Below are positions 1 through 8,003 of a stretch of DNA of 37,154 bases, in pieces (position 1 is the stretch's first letter; every line of letters starts with the position of its first letter). Both the position numbers and the translations under genes were made by a program. The stretch comes from Promethearchaeota archaeon (GTDB lineage Archaea > Asgardarchaeota > Lokiarchaeia > Sigyniarchaeales > SOKP01): NCBI GenBank assembly GCA_048940925.1, contig JBHLOC010000045.1, forward strand, positions 1 to 37,154, in the 5' to 3' direction. Under the pieces are notes generated by a model that saw only the letters and a program-made list of their open reading frames with translations, searched no databases and had not been told where the DNA came from.

Positions 1-142
1 TGGAATTCTTTGATATATTATGCGCTACTGAATGAAATGCAACTATTTCACCATCAAAATTCTCTTGAATCTCTATTACTCGATTAACAGCTCTAAAAGA
101 TTCCTCTGAATTATCAATACCTATTAAGATTTTTTTAAAAAT
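1..142 (-). CDS. Universal stress protein (UspA family), 3' end runs off the window; probable ATT start
   Basis: Manual translation gives (M)FKKILIGIDNSEESFRAVNRVIEIQENFDGEIVAFHSV, a typical USP N-terminus. An in-frame TGA lies three codons upstream. GAGGTGA SD at 155-149, then 6 nt, then ATT at 142-140. Confidence 0.85.
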   Translation of the reverse strand, partial: MFKKILIGIDNSEESFRAVNRVIEIQENFDGEIVAFHSVAHNISKNS

Positions 143-368
143 AGGTGTTCACCTCAAAAAATATCAACTTAGTTTGTATATTAATAACTTATGATTAATA
201 CTTAAACATATTTATAATAATTTTTAAATTACTTCGTTAGAATATATTATTCTAAAATCGATATCTATATTATTTTTAGAAATTAATATATTATAATTTA
301 AATCGAACAGATTTAAAATTAGTATATGCTTATAGAAAAATATTAGATGATTCTTAGAGATAATTCCT

Positions 369-881
369 ATGTATAAAAAAATTTTACTAGCTACAGATGG
401 TTCAGACCATATAGATCGAGCTGCTTCAATTGTGATTGGATTTTATAAAAAGTGGGGTTGTGAGATTAGAATATTTCACTCTATCAAACATACATTGGAA
501 AAAGTCGAGCGTCCTACTCTTAGGCTATATTTACCTTATTCTGATAGTGGTTATTTAGATTTACCTTCCTCTCCTCCGGTTTACAGTGGTAATTTGAACC
601 CAAATAACCAATTGCGTGAATTTGAAGTTGAAAAAATAGGTAGAAATATTTTAGATGAAAAGAAAGCTATATTTGAAGAATTACATATACCTGTTAAAAC
701 TAAGTTAGTTGTTAAGGAAGATCCTGAATATTATATAATAAGATTAGTAAAAAAAAAGAACTTCGATTTGGTCGTAGTCGGATATAAGGGAATTCATTCT
801 AAATTAAGTCAACTATTTTTAGGATCAGTCGCACAATATGTTGTAGAACACTCTCCCTGTGATGTATTAGTTATACGATAA
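369..881 (+). CDS. Universal stress protein (UspA family)
   Basis: MYKKILLATDGS N-terminus; DLVVVGYKG...LGSVAQYVVEHSPCDVLVIR C-terminal motif. Confidence 0.95.
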   Translation: MYKKILLATDGSDHIDRAASIVIGFYKKWGCEIRIFHSIKHTLEKVERPTLRLYLPYSDSGYLDLPSSPPVYSGNLNPNNQLREFEVEKIGRNILDEKKAIFEELHIPVKTKLVVKEDPEYYIIRLVKKKNFDLVVVGYKGIHSKLSQLFLGSVAQYVVEHSPCDVLVIR

Positions 882-890
882 GAAAAATTA

Positions 891-1280
891 TTAGTTTTTA
901 TTTTCCTCTAATAATTCTTGAATTTTTTTCAATAGTTCTTTACCAGAAAATGGTTTTGTAATATATGCATCAGCACCTAACTTCTTTCCTTTTTGAACAT
1001 CCTCATTAAAGCTTTTAACTGTAAATAAAACAACTAGAATATCTCTATATCTCTCATTGTTTTTGATTTCTTCCAAAACAGAATAACCAGAACGTCCGGG
1101 CATCATTATATCTAAAAGGATTAAAGCAATTTTCTCGTGATTTTCTTCAACCATCTTCATGGCTTCTTTCGCATTATTACTTGTGATTGTCTCAAAATCT
1201 CCCAATCTCAGAAACTTCTCGGTGAGATTGACAATATCAGGTTCATCGTCAACTATGAGAATTGTATTTTTACCAGACAT
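891..1280 (-). CDS. Single-domain response regulator (CheY-like receiver)
   Basis: ILIVDDE, LLDIMMP (phospho-Asp), GADAYITKPF. ATG at 1280 preferred over TTG at 1286. Confidence 0.95.
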   Translation of the reverse strand: MSGKNTILIVDDEPDIVNLTEKFLRLGDFETITSNNAKEAMKMVEENHEKIALILLDIMMPGRSGYSVLEEIKNNERYRDILVVLFTVKSFNEDVQKGKKLGADAYITKPFSGKELLKKIQELLEENKN

Positions 1281-1394
1281 ACGCAAATCCTAAACACAAT
1301 TTTTTGTCTTAATTAAGACTAAATTAATTTAACTATATTATATTGAATTATGCATTTATATAAATGACCTTATTTTTTTCATTTGTGATAGACA

Positions 1395-2063
1395 TTGGTA
1401 AGAAAAAATAGACTTCCGAAATTCCCAGATGATTATATAAGAGATAAAGCTAAAGAATATGATAGTTCAAGTTGGATGGAGCGTAATCAAAAAAAAGCAA
1501 CCTTATTAAGTATACAATATCTTTACGATGAAAAATTGAGTGGAAAAGAGAACAATGTAATAAATGTAGGAGATTCTCATCTTATTTTAGATTTAGGGTG
1601 TGGTACGGGATTCTCCTCAGGAATTTTAATAGAGAATGGTTTTAGGGTAATTGGAATAGATGTATTGAGAGATATGTTGTTTAAGGCAAGAGAAAAAAAA
1701 AATATTTTTAAAATTTATAAAAAATTAGAGCTAATATTAGCAGATATCAATTTTTTACCTATAAAAGATGCTTCGATTGATCATATCATTTCAATTTCTT
1801 CTTATAATTTCATAACATATGGAAAAGACAACTATGGTGAAAAAGTTAAACTTCTAAATAATACAGCGAAATATTTGAATAAAATTTTGAAAAAAAGAGG
1901 AAGAATTATTATTGAATTTTACCCTAAGGATGATAGGGAATTGAAGATTTTTAAAAATTCATTTATTATGCATGGATTTGAAGGTTATATGGTAAAAAGT
2001 AAACCTTCTCAAAAATCAGGTCAAACTTTTTTATTATTAAAAAAAAAAAGTTTCAAAATATGA
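1395..2063 (+). CDS. Class I SAM methyltransferase, Bud23/WBSCR22-like (putative SSU rRNA m7G methyltransferase)
   Basis: ILDLGCGTGFS motif I plus Bud23-type motifs: N-terminal P..Y...A..Y..S....Q.K.TL, DHIISIS, EFYPKDD, GFEG..V..P..K...FLLL. TTG start. Confidence 0.8.
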   Translation: MVRKNRLPKFPDDYIRDKAKEYDSSSWMERNQKKATLLSIQYLYDEKLSGKENNVINVGDSHLILDLGCGTGFSSGILIENGFRVIGIDVLRDMLFKAREKKNIFKIYKKLELILADINFLPIKDASIDHIISISSYNFITYGKDNYGEKVKLLNNTAKYLNKILKKRGRIIIEFYPKDDRELKIFKNSFIMHGFEGYMVKSKPSQKSGQTFLLLKKKSFKI

Positions 2064-3187
2064 AAATGGGAACCTGTAAGTTCTGTGGTAAAGTCGATAA
2101 GAATATTTCTGAAGTATTGCAAATATGTAGAGATTGTATTTTAAACGGAGAATGGGACACCATTGAACCCCATATTTTCAAAGTTCATAAACAAGTTCGT
2201 CAACTTGTAGAGTTACCCGATAAACCTCCTAAAGCAGAACGACCAAATATTAAACTAAAATGCAATTACTGTATAAATGAATGTTCTCTTTCTGAAAATG
2301 ATGTAAGTTATTGTGGATTAAGAAATATCCAGAAGAAAAACTCAGGTGAATTACCGTTTCCTTCAAAATCAATGGGTTATATTCATGGCTATTTAGATCC
2401 AAATCCAACAAATTGTTGCAATGCGTGGTTCTGCCCCGCAGGGACTCCCGCAGGATATCCTGAATTTTCTGATTTTAAGGAACTGGAATATGGGACGTAT
2501 AACTATGCTGCTTTTCTATATGGATGTACATTTAATTGTTTATTCTGTCAGAATGCTTCACACAAAAATTTTTCAAAAAGAAATTTAGTTGATGTAGAAT
2601 CATTAGCAACTCAAATTATAGAAAATAAGAAGATCACATGCTTATGTTATTTTGGAGGAACTCCCGAAGCACAATTACCCTTCTCAATCAATCTAGCTGA
2701 AAAAATTTTGAAAAAAAGAAAGGTAAGAATCTGTTGGGAATGGAATGGAAGTGGAAACCAAAATTTAGTTGAGAAGTGTATGGATATAGCAATTAAGTCA
2801 GGAGGCAACATCAAATTTGATTTAAAGACATTTAATGAAAAATTAAACTTAGCCCTATGCGGGGTTAGTAATAAGAGAACTCTTGAAAATTTTAAATTTT
2901 TAGCGGAGAAATATTTCGGAACTAGAGGGGAAGATATGCCAGAGATGAGTGCCTGTACGCTGATGGTTCCTGGATACACTACTTATGAAGAAGTTGAGTT
3001 GATAGCTAAATTTGTTAGTTCCATAAATAAAGAGATTCCTTTTAGTTTATTAATTTTTCATGGAGATTATCAAATGAGGGATCTAGGGATTACACCGCGT
3101 AAGCAAGCGTTAAAAAGTTTTGAAATAGCGAAAAAATATTTAAAAAATGTGAATTTAGGAAATAAATTCCTGTTAGGATTTTCTTAG
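2060..3187 (+). CDS. Radical SAM protein, PflA/COG1180-like, with N-terminal Cys-rich zinc-binding region
   Basis: CTFNCLFCQN (CxxxCxxC), GGTPE, FDLK; N-terminal CxxC...CxxC. ATGA overlap with the upstream methyltransferase. Confidence 0.9.
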   Translation: MKMGTCKFCGKVDKNISEVLQICRDCILNGEWDTIEPHIFKVHKQVRQLVELPDKPPKAERPNIKLKCNYCINECSLSENDVSYCGLRNIQKKNSGELPFPSKSMGYIHGYLDPNPTNCCNAWFCPAGTPAGYPEFSDFKELEYGTYNYAAFLYGCTFNCLFCQNASHKNFSKRNLVDVESLATQIIENKKITCLCYFGGTPEAQLPFSINLAEKILKKRKVRICWEWNGSGNQNLVEKCMDIAIKSGGNIKFDLKTFNEKLNLALCGVSNKRTLENFKFLAEKYFGTRGEDMPEMSACTLMVPGYTTYEEVELIAKFVSSINKEIPFSLLIFHGDYQMRDLGITPRKQALKSFEIAKKYLKNVNLGNKFLLGFS

Positions 3188-3258
3188 TTTTATACAAAAA
3201 TGTTAAATATTTGTAAATAATACTTATTTATTGATTATCATTTTTTGGTGAAATTTAA

Positions 3259-5115
3259 ATGAAAAAAAAATTGCTAATCTTTTTAATTTTAACTCTTAAT
3301 CTTAGTATTAGTCTAATAATGACGCGAAATTACTGTTTTGATTGTAAGCCTAATTACATTAGGAGTAAAATTGATGAGTTTACTTTAAACTTATCAGCTG
3401 AGCAAGATCTTTTTGAAGAATGGTATCGTACCTGGGATTCGGGCTATACTGATTACGTCTATGCAATCACATTAGACTCTTTAGAAAATATCTACATTGC
3501 AGGCAAAACCTCCACCGAAACTGGACAGCATTTAGTTATCATAAAATTTGATAAAAATGGCAATTACCAATGGAACCGCACCACTATTTTTGCTGCTGAA
3601 GCAAGAGCAATGGAAGTAGATTCGTCTGATAATATTTATATTGCTGCTACTTTTGCGTACACACCAGGAATTGTTTACTTAATAAAATATGATCCTTCTG
3701 GAGATTTGCAATGGAATAAGACATGGGATCCACCTAGCAGTGAACAACCTTTTGATATTGCCATAGACGCATTCAATAACATATATATAACAGGATATAG
3801 TCAAAGCAATCCAGGAAAATTACAGGATGTATTTTTAGTTAAATATAATAGCACTGGTGATCAGCAATGGGTTCGTACTTGGGGTGGAAATGCTGCAGAA
3901 GTGAGTTATGGTGTTGCAACTGATTCATCTGATGGTATATATCTTACAGGACTTACGGAAAGTTACGGAACGGGAGATATGGATATTTTTGTTATGAAAT
4001 ATAATAGTTCAGGCATGTTACAATGGAACTATACCGTAGGTACAGATACTCCTTACAATGAACGTGGTTTTGATATAGCTCTAGATTCTTTAGAAAATAT
4101 TTATGTTAAAGGAAATATGTATGGTGGTGATATTCTTTTTAAATTTGATCATTTTGGAATTTATCAATGGAATAAGACTTATGCAACATATACTACATAT
4201 TATCCGTGGAGTGATTTAGAAATAGATTCTTTAGGTAACTTTTTTATGACGGGAGATAGATGGTTAATGAAATGTAATAGCTCAGGTGATCTTCTTTGGA
4301 CTACTAATATACTTCATGTTAACCATCTCACTGACACAGCATTAGATTCTGATAATAACGTGTATATTTCAGGATATGGAAATAATGATGCATTATTAAT
4401 AAAATACAGCTCTAAACCTAAGATTATTATAGAATCACCTCAAATTGGGGATTTTTTTGGAAAAAATGCCCCAAATTTTAACCTTACAATTTATGAACCA
4501 AATGTAGATACTTCTTGGTATTCAGTAGATGGAGGAATTACTAATGACACATTTGAAGGTTCAATAGGGCAAATAGATCAAATGGAATGGGACAAGCTAG
4601 GACACGGAACTCACAATATTACGTTTTATGTGAACGATTCATATGGGAATGAAGGATTTTCTGAAATTGAAATTAATAAAGATATTAAACCTCCCAAAAT
4701 TTTGATTTATGAACCCACGCCAGATAGTATATATGGAGATATTCCGCCAAATTATTCTATATCTGCACTTGACCAATTTAAATATAATGATACTAATTAT
4801 AATCATTTAGACTTAGTATGGTACACAATAGATGGAGGTTTAACAAATATTACTATTACTCATCCTGATTTCTGGGTTGGTACCATTGATGCAGACGCTT
4901 GGTCTGACGCTCCATATGGTAATATTACTATCCGATTTTACGCTACTGATGATTTTGGTAATATTGGATTTACTGATGTGATTGTAGAAAAAAGAAGCGA
5001 AATTATCCCAAAAAAAGCTAAAACTCCAGCGATTATAGGATATAATTTAATTTTAATCACTGGTATAGTTTCTGTAATATCCGTAATTATAATAAGAAAT
5101 CGAAAAAGTAAATAA
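3259..5115 (+). CDS. Secreted/surface SBBP-repeat beta-propeller protein with two Ig-like domains and a C-terminal Loki-CTERM-like anchor
   Basis: Signal peptide; repeated 'DS..NIYI.G...KY.S.G..QWN.TW'; two 'WY..DGG.TN' repeats; C-terminal IIGYN + TM helix + basic tail. GGTGA SD. Confidence 0.88.
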   Translation: MKKKLLIFLILTLNLSISLIMTRNYCFDCKPNYIRSKIDEFTLNLSAEQDLFEEWYRTWDSGYTDYVYAITLDSLENIYIAGKTSTETGQHLVIIKFDKNGNYQWNRTTIFAAEARAMEVDSSDNIYIAATFAYTPGIVYLIKYDPSGDLQWNKTWDPPSSEQPFDIAIDAFNNIYITGYSQSNPGKLQDVFLVKYNSTGDQQWVRTWGGNAAEVSYGVATDSSDGIYLTGLTESYGTGDMDIFVMKYNSSGMLQWNYTVGTDTPYNERGFDIALDSLENIYVKGNMYGGDILFKFDHFGIYQWNKTYATYTTYYPWSDLEIDSLGNFFMTGDRWLMKCNSSGDLLWTTNILHVNHLTDTALDSDNNVYISGYGNNDALLIKYSSKPKIIIESPQIGDFFGKNAPNFNLTIYEPNVDTSWYSVDGGITNDTFEGSIGQIDQMEWDKLGHGTHNITFYVNDSYGNEGFSEIEINKDIKPPKILIYEPTPDSIYGDIPPNYSISALDQFKYNDTNYNHLDLVWYTIDGGLTNITITHPDFWVGTIDADAWSDAPYGNITIRFYATDDFGNIGFTDVIVEKRSEIIPKKAKTPAIIGYNLILITGIVSVISVIIIRNRKSK

Positions 5116-5280
5116 TATTTAATTTAAATATTTTTTTTTACTTCTTTCAAACTTTTTAATACAATAGGAATTAAAGAAGAATTATTTGATTTGGTTTTAA
5201 TATTTGCCTTATTAGGATTTACCTAAATTTTATTTAAAAAAACTTACTTTGCATTAATTCAAAAATGAATATTAAACACA

Positions 5281-5700
5281 TTATACGTTAAATAATCTAT
5301 ATGGTACTCCAAAAAATGTATCTCCTCCGACAATTTCTAAAATCTTATCTTTAGTATAAACAGTATCATAATAAATGAATAATTCACCTTTTCCATTGCA
5401 TCTTTCATTAATCTCAACCCAAACATTACCAGGGCTTGTGTTTTCGATCTCTTCTATAATATCTTTATGATCCTCAACAACTTGTCTGACAGTTTCAATT
5501 TCTGGGAGTTCCTCACAAGGTAATTCTTGGGTATAGTTTACCAAATTCTTAATCGCATTATATGCATAAATACCTATTGAAATACTTGCCAGAGATATTA
5601 TTACAATGACAGTTATGATTATTGCGGTCCAAAATCGGTGGTGATCTTTTTTTCTTAAGGAAAAATCATATCTAATCGAAATATTATTATCTTTCTTCAT
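5281..5700 (-). CDS. Hypothetical single-pass membrane protein
   Basis: 139-aa ORF with one N-terminal hydrophobic helix and two Cys in the soluble domain. Confidence 0.75.
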   Translation of the reverse strand: MKKDNNISIRYDFSLRKKDHHRFWTAIIITVIVIISLASISIGIYAYNAIKNLVNYTQELPCEELPEIETVRQVVEDHKDIIEEIENTSPGNVWVEINERCNGKGELFIYYDTVYTKDKILEIVGGDTFFGVPYRLFNV

Positions 5701-5936
5701 GATATTCTATCTTTTTCTCTTTTTAAATAAAGATGTCTGCCGATTATTATATTGAAACCTTCCTTTTTAAATTTATTGCGTAAAAAACAGAAATTATCAT
5801 AAATATTGAATATCCTTCTAAAAATTACATGAAAAAATTTATTTAAGAGCAATTATTTAATAATTTTAATTAGTAGCAATTAGAATGCTAAAACTAAGGG
5901 TATTTTTTAAATATAACTTTAAGTGGTGAGTAAAAC

Positions 5937-6242
5937 ATACAAAAAGCGCGCATACGGTTATCCTCAACCCAATTAGACTCATTACAATCAGTATGCGGGC
6001 AAATAGAAAGTGTGTGTAAATCACAGGGTATAAGAAAAACTGGACCCATTCCACTCCCTACGAAAAGATTACGTGTACCTGTAATGAAAGCACCAAGTGG
6101 TCAAGGTACGAGTACTTGGGCAAAATATGAGATGCGAATCCATAAAAGGCTTTTTGAAATTATTGCTAATGAGCGTAGCATGCATCTCATTATGAAGATC
6201 CAGATTCCTGAATCTGTTTTAGTTGAAATTGAGCTGATGTAA
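5937..6242 (+). CDS. rpsJ: 30S ribosomal protein uS10; true start ATA at 5937 (101 aa)
   Basis: The frame extends upstream of the track call to (M)QKARIRLSSTQLDSLQSVCGQIESVCK...GPIPLPTKRL...YEMRIHKRL. In-frame TAA at 5931; GGTGAG SD at 5925-5930. Confidence 0.95.
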   Translation: MQKARIRLSSTQLDSLQSVCGQIESVCKSQGIRKTGPIPLPTKRLRVPVMKAPSGQGTSTWAKYEMRIHKRLFEIIANERSMHLIMKIQIPESVLVEIELM

Positions 6243-6285
6243 TCTGGATTAATAAAAAAATTTGAATAAAATATTTTTTCTAAGA

Positions 6286-7041
6286 TTATAGTTCTTCTAA
6301 TTTAATTTGTATCGGTTCGTTTGCCAATTTTGTTTTTTCATTGACTTCTATATTTTCAACATAGTATACATTTCCAAGAATTTCCGATCCTTGACCAATT
6401 TTAACATTTCGTCCCTTAATATCTCTTTCAACCCGTGTTCTGATAATACTTACATCGTTTTTAGCAAAAATACTTCCATGGATCCTATAATGTTGTTTTT
6501 TTATTTTTTCTAGAGTCCCAATTATAATGTTTTCAGCAACCACATTTCCCTCAATCTCAGTTGATCCATTAATTTTAATAGTTTTTTCAGAAGATAGATT
6601 TCCATTGATTTCTGAAGAACCTGAAAGCTCGACTCCTTGTTCTCCTCTTACAAAATTACCTCCTCTAAAAGATCCTGATACTATTAAAGATTCTTGAATA
6701 GTAACAATATTTCCCACCTGCGCTGAACCAGCAAAATCAGCGCTTTCATTGCCATAAAGGAATCCTGCTACAATAAATGTACCTGAGCTACTGATGTCTC
6801 CATGAACAGTAATATTACCAGATCCCTCTAAAGAGCCTGAAGATGTGAGACCATTACATTCTAAATCTCCATTAATTTTTCCTGAACCAGATATTCGTAT
6901 AGATTTATCTACTTTTCCACCCGAGATTTTTGTAGACCCTGATACACTAATATGTTTATCAAATTCTGTAAAGTCTCCTGAACTACTTATAATAGCTCTT
7001 TTTTCCGCTTTTTCTATAGAATCATCAACATTTTTTTCCAT
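6286..7041 (-). CDS. Polymer-forming cytoskeletal (bactofilin-like, YhbE/F-type) beta-helix protein
   Basis: Repeated I.GS..I.G.. beta-solenoid motifs; C-terminal DIKGRNVKIG..S.I.GNVYY. Confidence 0.82.
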   Translation of the reverse strand: MEKNVDDSIEKAEKRAIISSSGDFTEFDKHISVSGSTKISGGKVDKSIRISGSGKINGDLECNGLTSSGSLEGSGNITVHGDISSSGTFIVAGFLYGNESADFAGSAQVGNIVTIQESLIVSGSFRGGNFVRGEQGVELSGSSEINGNLSSEKTIKINGSTEIEGNVVAENIIIGTLEKIKKQHYRIHGSIFAKNDVSIIRTRVERDIKGRNVKIGQGSEILGNVYYVENIEVNEKTKLANEPIQIKLEEL

Positions 7042-7277
7042 AAATTTAACCTTTAAAGATAATTGATTTACAGTTATATAAAATCAAATTTTATAAAACT
7101 TTTACTCATTTAATAGATTTCTAGAAAAATAAAGGTCGCAATTATATACTTTATATTGTTAAAGTAAAAGAACCTAACCTAAAGATTTTTTTCATAGAGA
7201 TTTAAATCTAAAAAGAATTATATTTTTATTAAGAACTTAAAAATCTTTTACACTAATCTTTAAATGTGGATTTTATA

Positions 7278-8003
7278 ATGGCAGATTTTCATACTAAAAC
7301 TTTTTATGGACAAAAATCAAGTCTAATTATTACCAGTCCTGCTAAAATGGTTCCATATATCTTTTTAAGTTGTATAAAGAGGAAAGATAATGGAACTTGG
7401 GAACGTACTGCAGAAGGAGAAGGAAAAACTGTTAAAATGTCAATCGAAGAAATAATATGTATTTTAGAGGTCCTTCATAGAAGAAGTGCTAACTGGCGAG
7501 GATATCATGTATTCAGAGATCGCAAAACAGAGATTTATGTTGGTTGGGAAGATGAAACTCGACAAGTGCTACAGGTTAAACTAGGAGATTATAAAAAAAA
7601 AGTTCGATTTCCGAATTTAATCTTTATTACACTATTGCTTGAACATATATTAAATGAGAAAATTGAATTTGCTACAAGTGGAACTTTTGAATCAAAAGCA
7701 AAAGAAAAAATAGAGGTTGATGAGGAAACAGAATATAGTGTGTTTGCCGAACATATCACTGCTAGAGATGGGCTGCATATAGTAGAAACTACTGAATATG
7801 GCGTTTCAGTTGATACAGTTGATATAAAAGCAACTATTAAAGTTGAAAGTCCCAAAGCTTTATTAATTACTTTAGAATCTGGTGAAGAATTTTGGATTCC
7901 TAAAAGCACTATTCACTCGAATTATGATGTAAATAACAAAGAAAATTATCAGAAGTTTATTATAGATAAATGGATAATTGAAAAACATCAAATTCTAAGA
8001 TGA
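7278..8003 (+). CDS. Hypothetical protein, putative Whirly/PC4-like ssDNA-binding fold plus small C-terminal beta-barrel; paralog of 33864-34340
   Basis: Shares motifs with the 33864-34340 ORF (F.G....L.I..S....PY.FL.CIK.K..G.WE...EGKT.K...EEI..IL.VL). C-terminal ESPKALL...E.WIPKS. ATG at 7278. Confidence 0.6.
   Translation: MADFHTKTFYGQKSSLIITSPAKMVPYIFLSCIKRKDNGTWERTAEGEGKTVKMSIEEIICILEVLHRRSANWRGYHVFRDRKTEIYVGWEDETRQVLQVKLGDYKKKVRFPNLIFITLLLEHILNEKIEFATSGTFESKAKEKIEVDEETEYSVFAEHITARDGLHIVETTEYGVSVDTVDIKATIKVESPKALLITLESGEEFWIPKSTIHSNYDVNNKENYQKFIIDKWIIEKHQILR

Noticed and set aside
149-157. Selenocysteine/UGA readthrough from TTG-AGG-TGA upstream of the USP gene
   Set aside because: The TGA is part of the SD motif and lies outside the USP domain; no SECIS-like element was recognised.
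6012-6242. ORF-track start of uS10 at GTG 6012
   Set aside because: It would delete the conserved N-terminal QKARIRL strand and first helix; the frame is open back to ATA 5937.
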